DNA of 64,000 nt from an uncultured Candidatus Rokubacteria bacterium (lineage in GTDB: Bacteria > Methylomirabilota > Methylomirabilia > Rokubacteriales > DASRDR01). Below are positions 20,696 through 29,961 of the stretch, piece by piece. Position 1 is the stretch's first letter, and each line of letters begins with the position of its first letter. The position numbers and the translations under genes were made by a program. The stretch covers positions 448,001 to 512,000 of the forward strand of contig CAWGVS010000005.1 in the NCBI GenBank assembly GCA_963826115.1. The letters run 5' to 3'. The notes under the pieces are model-generated. The model was not told the origin of the DNA, ran no database searches, and was given only the letters and a program-made list of their open reading frames with translations.

Positions 20696-22159
20696 TCAGC
20701 CTTCGTTCAACAGTCGCCGAACCTCGTCCCGCGAGACCTTGCCGTTCGCGTTTCGCGGCAGGGCGGTGAGGAACCGGACGGTGCGTGGCGATTTGTAGTC
20801 GGCGATGCGCTCGGCGAGGAAGCGTCCGAGGGCGCCCGCGTCCAGCGTGCTGCCGGCCTTCGCGACGACGGCGGCGGCCACGACCTCGCCCAGGTCCCGG
20901 TCGGGCAGGCCGACGACCGACGCCTCGAGGACGTCCGGATGGGCGGCGATCGCGGTCTCGACCTCGGCGGGCGGGATCTTCTCGCCCCCGCGGTTGATCA
21001 GCTCGTCCGCGCGCCCCACGAGGCGGAGGAGGCCGTCGGCGCCGAGGCGCGCCAGATCCCCGGTGCGAAGCCACGGACCGTCGAACTTCGCTCGGGTCGC
21101 CGCCTCGTCCTTCCAGTAGCCCGCCATCACCGTGGGGGTCCGGAGCTGGAGCTCGCCCCCGGCGGCGATCCGGTCGAGGACGCCCGGCACCGCGACGCCG
21201 ATCGCGGTCAAATCGCGGGCGCCTGGGCGCCAGGGGAGATAGTGCGTGATCGAGGTTGCCTCGGACATCCCGTACACGTTCACGAAGCGGACGTCGGGGA
21301 CGACCTCGGCCAGGCGCGCGGCGAGCGCGGCCGGCATCGGCGCGCCGCCGTAGGCGAACCACGGGGCCAGGGCGGCGGGCGGGGGCGCCGCCTCGAGCTG
21401 GGCCAGCATGCGGCCGTAGATGGTCGGCACCCCGATCAGGAACGTGTACCGTCCCTTGGCCAGGGCCGCGGCCACCGCTCCCGGATCGAAGCGGCGCGGG
21501 ACGTCGACCTGCCCGTTCACGAGCAGCATGTGGGCGAGGCCGTCGTTGTAGCCCGTGTTGTGGAAGAGCGGGCACACCACCGCCGTCGCGCTGTCGGGTC
21601 CCGACTGGAAGAGGTGCGCGAACATCTCCGCGTTCCGGACGAGCGAGGCGTTCCGGATCATCACGCCGCGCGGCTCGCCGGTCGTGCCCGAGGTGTAACA
21701 GAGGACGCCGACCTCGTCCGGTCGCGCCTCGGAGCCGTCCAGCGCCGGCGCCGGGGTCCCGGGCGTTCCGATCTCGGCCGACGGGATCGCGCGGCGTCGG
21801 TAGCGCTCGGACGCGCGGGCGAGGTACGAGGGGTCGCCGACGAGCGCGGCGGGATCGAGGTCGCCGAGAACCCGGTCGAGGTCGCCCGCGGCCTGCCGCG
21901 TGTTCAGAGGCGCCGCCACGGCGCCGTGGGCGATGGCGCCGAGGTATGCGACGACCCAGTCGCCGCCGTTGTCGCCGAGGATGGCCACCCGGTCGCCTCG
22001 CTCGACGCCGAGGCGCCGGAGTCGCGCGCGGAACCGTGCGACGAGCCGGGCGACCTCGCCGTAGCCCAGCGTCCGCCCGCGGTCGGGCTCGGCGACGAAG
22101 ACCGCATCGGGGGTGCGCTCCGCCCAGTGGTGGAGAAAGTCCGGCAGGGTGTCAGCCAT
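20696..22159 (-). CDS. Acyl-CoA synthetase (class I adenylate-forming enzyme)
   Basis: YTSGTTGEPRG, YGMSE, TGDL, INRGGEK, LPRNANGK. Confidence 0.92.
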   Translation of the reverse strand: MADTLPDFLHHWAERTPDAVFVAEPDRGRTLGYGEVARLVARFRARLRRLGVERGDRVAILGDNGGDWVVAYLGAIAHGAVAAPLNTRQAAGDLDRVLGDLDPAALVGDPSYLARASERYRRRAIPSAEIGTPGTPAPALDGSEARPDEVGVLCYTSGTTGEPRGVMIRNASLVRNAEMFAHLFQSGPDSATAVVCPLFHNTGYNDGLAHMLLVNGQVDVPRRFDPGAVAAALAKGRYTFLIGVPTIYGRMLAQLEAAPPPAALAPWFAYGGAPMPAALAARLAEVVPDVRFVNVYGMSEATSITHYLPWRPGARDLTAIGVAVPGVLDRIAAGGELQLRTPTVMAGYWKDEAATRAKFDGPWLRTGDLARLGADGLLRLVGRADELINRGGEKIPPAEVETAIAAHPDVLEASVVGLPDRDLGEVVAAAVVAKAGSTLDAGALGRFLAERIADYKSPRTVRFLTALPRNANGKVSRDEVRRLLNEG

Positions 22160-22220
22160 GGCTCGCGTCGGCCCGAGTGGGGCGGTCCGTATTCTAAGGG
22201 ACCGCTTCGCGCGAAATCAA

Positions 22221-22361
22221 TCAGCCGGCGTCGGCCGGCGGGCACTCCGGGAGCTCGACGGTGAAGACGCTGCCGGCGCCTTCGGCGCTCTCGACGGCGA
22301 TCCGCCCGCCGCGGTCCTCGACGATGCTCTTCGCGATGGCGAGGCCGAGGAGCGCGGACAC
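22221..22361 (-). pseudogene. Remnant of a sensor histidine kinase HATPase C-terminus
   Basis: LGLAIAKSIVEDRGGRIAVESAEGAGSVFTVELP with no upstream kinase body. Confidence 0.7.
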
Positions 22362-22420
22362 GGCCGGCAACGTTCGGCGGCGCCCTCGCGCGCGGGCGGC
22401 ACCAAGCGGGCGGAGCGGAG

Positions 22421-23620
22421 CTACGCCGGGCGGGCGCCCCGAACCGGGCAGTCCGGCGGCATGACGGCCTTCTTCCGCGCGACGATCCCGCCGGCGTGCG
22501 CCCCGAGGTAGTGCGCGATCGTCTCGACCCGGATCTTCATCGACCCCGCCGGCTTGGTAGCGTCGAGGTCCTGGAACGAGAAGAAGAGCGTGCCGGACCG
22601 CTCCACGATCTGCTGGACGGGCGTGTAGGTCGGCTGGTCCATCCCGCACTCGTAGCTCGAGAGCCGGACGACGCACGAGATCCAGGGCACGCGCGCGGCG
22701 AACTTTGCTCCCCACAGGATCTCGTTCGTGTTCGCGCTGTAGGACGACGGCCACACGTCGCGGATGTCGAGGGGCGACTTGACGTGGCCCGACCTGACGT
22801 CGGGGCCGAATGCCCAGTCGAGCAGGTCGGCGTCGAGCGGCAGGTACTGACCCCAGAGGATCGGGTAGCCGTAGGCCTGGATGTCGACCTCGATCTCGTG
22901 GCCGATTCCCGGGTCCATGTGATACGGGCGGGCGAGGACCAGGATGGCGGAGCGGTCCTTCTTCGCGCACCACTCGAGCACCTCGCGCGAGCGCCGGCGG
23001 AGCCCGTCGGAGAAGGTCTGGAGCGCTCGGTAGCCTTCGGCGACCGCCGCGGCCGTCTCGACGGGCGTGAGCCCGGGCAAGACGTCGCGCAGCCCCTCGT
23101 AGAGCTGCTTCGGCACGAGCTTCGGCTCGTCGAGCGACACGAACGGCGCGACGTAGCGGATGCCCTGGTCCGCGAAGGCGTCCCGCTCCTTGAGGAAGCC
23201 GGCCTTGATGTTCTCGGGGGCCGCCATGACGCGCGGGCAGGTCAGGCTCCGGGCGACGTGCCCGCTCAGGAACGACGGGAGGTTGTAGATCATCGGCGAG
23301 AAGACCACGTGGAGCTTCTCGCGGTGCCCGAAGACGAGCTCGCCATAGTGGCCGGAGATGCACTTCACCGGGTAGCAGCAGTCCACGGTCCCGCGGCCCT
23401 TGCCGAACTCCCGGCCCTGCTCCTCGGAGGTGTCCGACGAGAAGACGAGGTGGCGCGGGTCGACGCCCAGGGCGGTGAAGAGCCCGTGCCAGAACTGGTG
23501 CGTCGACCAGAGGTTCAGGACGCGCGGGATGCCGATCCGGAGCTCAGCGCGCGACGGGCGCGGAGCGGGCGCGGCGGAAGGCGTCTTTGCGAACCATCTC
23601 GGCAACGTTAGGGTACTCAC
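22421..23620 (-). CDS. Acyl-CoA dehydratase activase-related (DUF2229) subunit, PlsA reductase-domain-like
   Basis: RIGIPRVLN, CCYPVK, TCP, ARPYH.DPGIGH, SSYECG.D; SD GAGGAGG 6 nt before GTG. Confidence 0.85.
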   Translation of the reverse strand: MSTLTLPRWFAKTPSAAPAPRPSRAELRIGIPRVLNLWSTHQFWHGLFTALGVDPRHLVFSSDTSEEQGREFGKGRGTVDCCYPVKCISGHYGELVFGHREKLHVVFSPMIYNLPSFLSGHVARSLTCPRVMAAPENIKAGFLKERDAFADQGIRYVAPFVSLDEPKLVPKQLYEGLRDVLPGLTPVETAAAVAEGYRALQTFSDGLRRRSREVLEWCAKKDRSAILVLARPYHMDPGIGHEIEVDIQAYGYPILWGQYLPLDADLLDWAFGPDVRSGHVKSPLDIRDVWPSSYSANTNEILWGAKFAARVPWISCVVRLSSYECGMDQPTYTPVQQIVERSGTLFFSFQDLDATKPAGSMKIRVETIAHYLGAHAGGIVARKKAVMPPDCPVRGARPA

Positions 23621-25718
23621 GCTTGACCTCCTCGAGCTTCGCCTTCACCGTCCGCATCTCGTTCGCGTCCTCGACGAGGCCCTTCGGGCAGGAGTTCCCG
23701 CTGATGACCCGCTCCCAGCCCGCGGCGAGCGGCACCTTGCTCCACGAGCGCCCGGCCGCGCCCGGCAGCTGCACGTCGATGAAGGTGCGGGTGCAGTTGA
23801 CCGGGCACCACTTGCAGACGGTCTCCGCCTTCGTGGTGCTGACGTAGGTCAGGGACTCGATGACGTCGAAGCCTCGGAAGCGGGACGGCTGGCCGGCGCC
23901 CCGCCAGTCGCCCGCGCAGAGCGCGGCGCCGATCGCGCCGGCCTCGCCGGAGTACGGGTGGAGCACCACGTCGGCGTCGGGCACCTTGCTCGTGATGAAG
24001 TCGGTCTGCGCCTTGACCACCGCCATGTTGCGGTGGGTGCCGCCCTGGAGGACGAACTTCCGGCCGGCCGCCCGGAGGTTCTGGAGCTGGCCGGCGTAGA
24101 TCCAGACGTTCACCGGCAGGACGGCCGCGAGCGCCGCCATGATCTCCTCGGCCGCCCAACCCTTCCGCTGCTGGTTCACGATGTCGGACTGCAGGAAGAC
24201 GCCGCATCCCATCGCGAGGGACGGCATGGCCTTCGCCGTGAACGCGCGCTCGGCGTAACCCTCGAGAGGGATCCCGTAGCGCTCGGCGACCCCCTGGAGG
24301 AACGCCCCGTTTCCGGACGAGCACTGGGAGTTCAGCCGGAAGTCGGCGACCGTGCCCTGCCGGAGGAGCATGATCTTGACGTCCGTCCCGCCGACGTCGC
24401 AGATCACGTCGGCGTCGGGGACGTAGTGGAGCGCCGCCGTCGCGTGGGCCACCGTCTCCACGATGGCCACGTCGGCCCCGAGGACGTCGCGGAGCAGGTC
24501 CTTGCCGTAGCCGGTGAGCGCCAGGGCGCCCACCTCGCTGAAGCCCGCCGCCCGCACCTGGCGGAACAGCGACTGCGCGTCCTCGATCGGGTTGCCCTTC
24601 GAGATCGCGTAGCAGCTGAAGAGGAGCTCCTTGTCGAGCGAGAGCACGACCGCCTTGGCGGTGGTGCTGCCGAAGTCGCAGCCGAGGAGGACGGGCGCGG
24701 CGGCGGCGGCCGGCGTCGGGCGCGCGAGGGCCGCGGGGCGGCCGGCGTACCGGGAGACGAAGCTGGCGAGCTCGTCGCCGCCGGCGACGAGCGCCCGCGC
24801 GCCGTCCTTGGCCTTCTGCTCCTGCTGGCCCTCGGTGACCCACCACGTCAGGCGCTCGCGGCCCCGGTACACGCCGACGCCGGGCGCCTCGCCCCGGGCG
24901 GTCTCGACGCAGCCGAGGCAGGCGTAGTAGAGGGCGTCCTCGGGCACCAGGATGAGTGACGCGGGGTCCGCATCGCCGGCGTCCGTCAGGCCGCGCTCCT
25001 TCCAGAGCTTCGCGAGATGGTGGCGCCACGCCTCCTGGAGCCCCTTGAAGAAGAGGTTGGGCCCGCCCAGGAGGAGGACAGTGGGCATGGGCGTGTTGCC
25101 CTTGGTCAGGGTCGCGAGGTTCTGGTAGACCACGGCCTCGAAGAGGCTGGCGATGATCTCCTCGACCGGCACGCCGGTCTTCACGAGCGTGTTCGCGTCC
25201 GTCTCGGCGAAGATGCCGCACTTCGAGCTGATCTTGTGGAGGCTCAACCCCGCGTACGGCATCGCGGCCAGCCGCTCGGCCGGCACCTGGAGCTTCCGCG
25301 CGGTCTTCTCGATGAACGTCCCGGTGCCGCCGCTGCAGGCCGACTGCATGTAGACCTGCTTCGACTTCCCGGTGCCGGCCTCCTTGAAGAAGATGGTCTT
25401 CATGTCCTCGCCGCCGATCTCGGACACGAAGCGCACCTCGGGGTGGAGCCGCTCGACGCACGCGGCGACGGCAACGACCTCCTGGACGTACTTGCCGCCT
25501 ATCAGGGCCGTGATGGCGCCCGCCCCCGAGCCGGTGATGAAGGCCTGATCCACCTCGGGCGTGAGGCCGGCCTCGGACTCCATGCGCTCGAGGAACTCGA
25601 GCACCTTCTCGGCCTGGCGGGTGTTGTGGCGCTGGTAGTCCCGCCAGAGGACCCGGTCACCGTCGACCAGCACCGCCTTGACGGTGGTCGAGCCGACGTC
25701 GACGCCCGCGATCCTCAC
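23544..25718 (-). CDS. BadF/BadG/BcrA/BcrD-type CoA-substrate activase with two ASKHA ATPase domains
   Basis: GVDVGSTTVK and GCDFGSTTAK; EIGGED/DVGGTD; CSGGTG/CSSGNG and CGIF/CGVF Fe-S ligands; C-terminal CKWC..NC..C. Confidence 0.92.
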   Translation of the reverse strand: MRIAGVDVGSTTVKAVLVDGDRVLWRDYQRHNTRQAEKVLEFLERMESEAGLTPEVDQAFITGSGAGAITALIGGKYVQEVVAVAACVERLHPEVRFVSEIGGEDMKTIFFKEAGTGKSKQVYMQSACSGGTGTFIEKTARKLQVPAERLAAMPYAGLSLHKISSKCGIFAETDANTLVKTGVPVEEIIASLFEAVVYQNLATLTKGNTPMPTVLLLGGPNLFFKGLQEAWRHHLAKLWKERGLTDAGDADPASLILVPEDALYYACLGCVETARGEAPGVGVYRGRERLTWWVTEGQQEQKAKDGARALVAGGDELASFVSRYAGRPAALARPTPAAAAAPVLLGCDFGSTTAKAVVLSLDKELLFSCYAISKGNPIEDAQSLFRQVRAAGFSEVGALALTGYGKDLLRDVLGADVAIVETVAHATAALHYVPDADVICDVGGTDVKIMLLRQGTVADFRLNSQCSSGNGAFLQGVAERYGIPLEGYAERAFTAKAMPSLAMGCGVFLQSDIVNQQRKGWAAEEIMAALAAVLPVNVWIYAGQLQNLRAAGRKFVLQGGTHRNMAVVKAQTDFITSKVPDADVVLHPYSGEAGAIGAALCAGDWRGAGQPSRFRGFDVIESLTYVSTTKAETVCKWCPVNCTRTFIDVQLPGAAGRSWSKVPLAAGWERVISGNSCPKGLVEDANEMRTVKAKLEEVKREYPNVAEMVRKDAFRRARSAPVAR

Positions 25719-27307
25719 GACGCCCCCGCGGGCGCGGCGGCGGGCCGCGCGCCGGGCGCCGGTCGGGCGGCGGCGAGCTTCGCCAGCCGGTCGCCGCGGC
25801 CCATCAGCTTGGCGACGTGGAGGACCAGGTTGGCGGCGGTGCCGGCGGCGAGGCCCGTGCGCGGGATCGGGTAGGTGGCCATGCGCATGGCCGGCCGGGC
25901 GTCCACGTAGGCCCGGACCTCCTCCAGGGCGAGGCCCGTCGCGTCCAGCACGGTGTCGAGCTCCCGCTGGGCGCGCTTCTTCGCCTCGGTCAGGATCATC
26001 TGGCAACGCGACAGCGCGTGGACCTCGGCGTCGCCCTTGATCTCGAGCGGGGCATAGAGGAGGTCCGGGTACTTGCCGACGACGCCGGCCATCGCGCCGA
26101 TGCTCATCGTGTTGGGCATGCAGGAGTACGGCGAGAGCTCGCAGATCATGTGGGCCTTCTTCTTGTGGTAGGCCCACAGCGCCTTCCCGACCAGCATGTC
26201 GCCCTCGCCGCCGTCGAGGCGGCTGTGGAAGTAGGGGGCGGCGAGCCGGCGGAGCTCCAGCTGGTTCGGGAGCTCGTGGGGGAGGCTCCCCATGGCGCGC
26301 CGCAGCCGGTCGAACGTCCACCGATACACCGCCTGGGCGGCCCGCCCGGCGGCCAGCTTGAGCCGCGCGCCGCGCTCGATGCCGCTGTAGTCCTCGAAGC
26401 GCTGGAGCCCGAGCCGGAGGAGGTAATCCATCCACACCGTCACCGCCGCCGGGTAGACCTCGGCGCCCTCGGCCTCGAGCCAGCGGTGGATGTTGTAGTT
26501 CGGGTCGCCCTCGACGGTCTGGAGGTAGAACTCGCCGGTGATCTTCACCTTCGGCTTCACCCGGAGCCTGTCCACCTCGATCGTGGCGAAGCGCCGGTGG
26601 ACCTCGCGGAGCGCGCGGGCGAAGTAAGGGGTGCCGAGATGCCAGGCGATCGAGCGCCACGAGTCATTGCGCGGACGATTCTTGAAGACCTCGAAGAGGT
26701 GGTCCATGCACTCGCGCACGATGGCGTCGGTGCGACCGGCCTCCACCTCGTACGGCCGGATCTGGTACTCGAGGTCCTGCACGAGATCGGCGCAGAAGAT
26801 GGCCCAGAGGCAGCCGAAGGTGATCGGGAGGTTGAAGTCGAGGCCGTCGCCCATCACCGCCTTCTGGTCCATCTGATCCTGGGCCAGGAGGAACATCCGG
26901 AATGCCTCGAGCCCGGTGTTCCGGAGCGCGAGCTCGTAGCTCTGGTGGTACTGGCCGAAGCGGCAGGCCCCGCAGGAGCCGGCGGTGAGGTACACGTAGC
27001 GCTTGCTCACCTCGTCGGCGCCGATGGCCTTCGACTCCTTCTTGAGGAAGTTGACGAGGTTCCCGGTGGTGAAGCTCGTCGGGCAGCACTGGCCGATGTC
27101 CGCCACCTCGCGCCCGGTGAGAAGGTCCGCCTTGGTCGCGACCGGCAGGATGCGCGCCTGGTAGCCGCTGTTCTCCAGGACCGCCTGGAGCAGGCGCTCG
27201 AGGCGCCAGTGGAGGCCGCCGAACAGCACCGTCGTGGACTCGCGCTGGGCGCGGGTGAAGGGGCGCGGCGCGTAGGTGCGATAGGGCTCAGCGGTGACCG
27301 TCGCCAT
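25715..27307 (-). CDS. 2-hydroxyacyl-CoA dehydratase-like subunit (PlsR-like)
   Basis: GQCCPT, GSCGACRFGQY, KITGEFY, GGEG.ML, PYSCMPN. Confidence 0.85.
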   Translation of the reverse strand: MATVTAEPYRTYAPRPFTRAQRESTTVLFGGLHWRLERLLQAVLENSGYQARILPVATKADLLTGREVADIGQCCPTSFTTGNLVNFLKKESKAIGADEVSKRYVYLTAGSCGACRFGQYHQSYELALRNTGLEAFRMFLLAQDQMDQKAVMGDGLDFNLPITFGCLWAIFCADLVQDLEYQIRPYEVEAGRTDAIVRECMDHLFEVFKNRPRNDSWRSIAWHLGTPYFARALREVHRRFATIEVDRLRVKPKVKITGEFYLQTVEGDPNYNIHRWLEAEGAEVYPAAVTVWMDYLLRLGLQRFEDYSGIERGARLKLAAGRAAQAVYRWTFDRLRRAMGSLPHELPNQLELRRLAAPYFHSRLDGGEGDMLVGKALWAYHKKKAHMICELSPYSCMPNTMSIGAMAGVVGKYPDLLYAPLEIKGDAEVHALSRCQMILTEAKKRAQRELDTVLDATGLALEEVRAYVDARPAMRMATYPIPRTGLAAGTAANLVLHVAKLMGRGDRLAKLAAARPAPGARPAAAPAGAS

Positions 27308-28139
27308 TCCGTCCTCCTTCGACCTCGAGGCGCGCCGGCGCCGGCATCAGCGCCGGACCAGTGCGCCGGAACGAATCGACCCAGTGCTCCACCAGGCGCA
27401 CGGTGGCGAATCCCGGCAGGCGCCGGATGGTCTCGTCGACCTTGCGGGCGGCGTCGCGCCCGTCCTCGCCGCCGAAGAGGTAGCCGGCGATGAAGCGCAG
27501 CTCGTCCTTGCCCTGCTCGCCGCTGCCGACCGGCGCCCAGAAGCGGTCCACGATGGCGCGGCTGACCCGCGCGGCGCCGGGCCGCCGGAGCCGCTCCTCG
27601 GCCTGCCGATAGTAGAAGAAGAAGTGTCGGGACTCGTCGAGCATGATGCGCTCGAGCAGGTCCGACAGCACGGGATGCCCGGAGAGCTTGGCGAGCCGCC
27701 GGTACGCCGTGAGCGCCGTCAGCTCGTTGATCGCCCCCCAGGCCATGTGAAGCGCGCAGAAGTCCGGCCAGGCCCGCGAGAGCATGGCGACCGCGCCGGC
27801 CTCGAGGCGTTTCAGGAACGGCTCCTGCCCGCGCGGCCGCGACCGCTCGCCGAGCGGATGCCCGACGGCGTCCAGGAAGCGCGCCAGCGCGAGCCCGTGG
27901 AACGTCTCCTCGTAAACCCAGCAGGCGAGGAACGTCGCGACGTCGGGGTCATCGACCGCCCGGGTCGCGAGGAGCTCCCGGAGGTAGATGATGGTGTGGG
28001 CCTCGATGTCCTGCATGTAGCGCAGCGTCCGGATCGTTTCGGGGGAGATGGGATGCCGGGGGACGTCGGCCCACGGGAACGCAGCGAGGTCCACTGCACG
28101 GGAGCGCGCGACGTAGGCCTCCAGATCAACCGCGCCCAT
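27288..28139 (-). CDS. Ferritin-like di-iron carboxylate protein (acyl-ACP-desaturase-like fold)
   Basis: DIE, W..EETFH, INE, DESRH ligand pattern; overlaps next gene by 20 bp. Confidence 0.8.
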   Translation of the reverse strand: MGAVDLEAYVARSRAVDLAAFPWADVPRHPISPETIRTLRYMQDIEAHTIIYLRELLATRAVDDPDVATFLACWVYEETFHGLALARFLDAVGHPLGERSRPRGQEPFLKRLEAGAVAMLSRAWPDFCALHMAWGAINELTALTAYRRLAKLSGHPVLSDLLERIMLDESRHFFFYYRQAEERLRRPGAARVSRAIVDRFWAPVGSGEQGKDELRFIAGYLFGGEDGRDAARKVDETIRRLPGFATVRLVEHWVDSFRRTGPALMPAPARLEVEGGRNGDGHR

Positions 28140-28409
28140 GGCCCGGCCAAAGCCTACAACGATCTGCCCGCGGGGGGCAAAGGGGTGCTCCGCCCATCTC
28201 ACCCCGCTCTACGCGCGTGGCCTGGCGGCCGGATGGCCGGGCAAGGCCTGCCGGCCGGGTCGCTCGCGGGGTCGTCGTCGCCGGCCCGCGCGCTCCCGCC
28301 GCCGGCTTGTGCCCGGCCCGGGCCTGGTTTACGCTCGGCCCACGTTGTCGAGCGATCTCCCGCCAAGAGACAGGGTGACAAACCCTCGCCGAACAAGGAG
28401 GTAGGACCC

Positions 28410-29942
28410 ATGCGCATCTCCCGACTGGTCCTCGCACTCACGCTGATCGCCGCGCTGGCGCTCGTCGGCCTGGCGGTGATCGGGCCTAAGGCCTCGGCCC
28501 AGGGGAAGGTGATCCGCTTCGGCGTGAACCGGGGAGCCGAGAACCTCGACCCCGTCACGCAGGACGCGAACCCCGACATCTGGGCCTTCATGCAGATCTA
28601 CCAGCAGCTGGTGAAGGTCAACGTCAAGGGCGACGGGTTCGAGCCCGACCTGGCCGAGAAGTGGTCGACCTCTGCCGACGGCCGGACGTGGACGTTCAAC
28701 CTCCGGAAGAACGCCAAGTTCTCCAACGGCGACACGGTCAAGGCCTCCGACGCGGTGTGGTCCCTGAAGCGCGCCCGGGACACCAAGGGGCCGTGGAAGT
28801 GGGCCCTCGAGGCGGTCGAGGACATCCAGGCCAAGGACGACTTCACGGTGGTCATCAGCCTGAAGGAGCCGTGGGCCCCGTTCCTGGCCGACATCTCGCT
28901 CTTCTCGAACAGCATCATGCCGGAGAAGGTCTTCAAGGGCGCGAAGGACGAGGACATCTCGAACAAGCCCGTCGGCTCCGGCCCCTGGATGCTCGTGGAC
29001 TGGAAGAAGGGCGAGGAGCTCGTCATGAAGGCGAACCCCCACTACTACGAGAAGGGGTTCCCCAAGAGCCAGGAGCTCCGCCTCCGGTACATCCCGGACG
29101 ACAACAGCCGGATCATCGCGCTGCAGTCCGGGGACGTCGACGGCATCGACTATCCGCCGTTCTCCCGGATGCAGGAGCTCCGGAAGGACGCCAAGCTGGA
29201 GGCGCAGCTCAACCCGTCCACCCAGGTGTCGCACCTCTCGCTCAACATCCGCGAGGCGCCTCTCAACAACGTGAAGTTCCGGCAGGCGCTTGCCTACGCG
29301 ACCGACCGCGCGTCCATCGTCAAGGCGGTCTGCTTCGGCCACTGCACGCCGGCGACGACCTTCCTGCCGATGACGACCCCGATGTTCAACAAGGGGTCCA
29401 AGGGCTACGCCTACGACCTGAACAAGGCCAAGCAGCTGCTGAAGGAATCGGGCGTCGCCACGCCGCTCACGCTCAAGATCCTCTACCGCGCGAACGACGC
29501 CGTGCACCAGCCGACGGCGGTGGCCCTGAAGGAGATGTGGGGCAAGCTCGGCGTGACGCTCGAGCTCGAGCCGCTCGACCGCGCCGCCGCCACCCAGCGG
29601 TACCGCGCGAACCAGTTCCAGGTCTACATCACGAGCTGGACCAACGACATTCCCGATCCGTCCCAGCTCGCCTCCTACGCGCTGGGCTTCACCGAGAGCC
29701 AGTCGTACCACAGTGGCTACCAGTCGGCGGAGATGGATGGGCTCCTGGCCAAGGGGCTGCGAGAGGTGAATGCCGACAAGCGCCGCCAGATCTACTACGA
29801 GATCCAGGAGCTGGCGCTGAAGGACTCGCCGCTCATCATCCTCTACTACTCGCCGTACACCATCGCCATCAACAAGAAGATGAAGGGATTCGTCCAGCTG
29901 GCCACCGGTCCCTGGATCTTCAGGAACGTGACCGTGGAGTAA
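28410..29942 (+). CDS. ABC transporter substrate-binding protein, family 5 (peptide/nickel)
   Basis: Signal peptide, NLDP, PDLAEKW, WTFNLRKNAKFSNG, PVGSGPW. Confidence 0.93.
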   Translation: MRISRLVLALTLIAALALVGLAVIGPKASAQGKVIRFGVNRGAENLDPVTQDANPDIWAFMQIYQQLVKVNVKGDGFEPDLAEKWSTSADGRTWTFNLRKNAKFSNGDTVKASDAVWSLKRARDTKGPWKWALEAVEDIQAKDDFTVVISLKEPWAPFLADISLFSNSIMPEKVFKGAKDEDISNKPVGSGPWMLVDWKKGEELVMKANPHYYEKGFPKSQELRLRYIPDDNSRIIALQSGDVDGIDYPPFSRMQELRKDAKLEAQLNPSTQVSHLSLNIREAPLNNVKFRQALAYATDRASIVKAVCFGHCTPATTFLPMTTPMFNKGSKGYAYDLNKAKQLLKESGVATPLTLKILYRANDAVHQPTAVALKEMWGKLGVTLELEPLDRAAATQRYRANQFQVYITSWTNDIPDPSQLASYALGFTESQSYHSGYQSAEMDGLLAKGLREVNADKRRQIYYEIQELALKDSPLIILYYSPYTIAINKKMKGFVQLATGPWIFRNVTVE

Positions 29943-29961
29943 GCGCGGACAGCACCGCACC

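Noticed and set aside
15088-22420. Integrative island anchored at tRNA-Val
   Set aside because: No integrase and no duplicated tRNA 3' end found; the native terminator directly follows the tRNA
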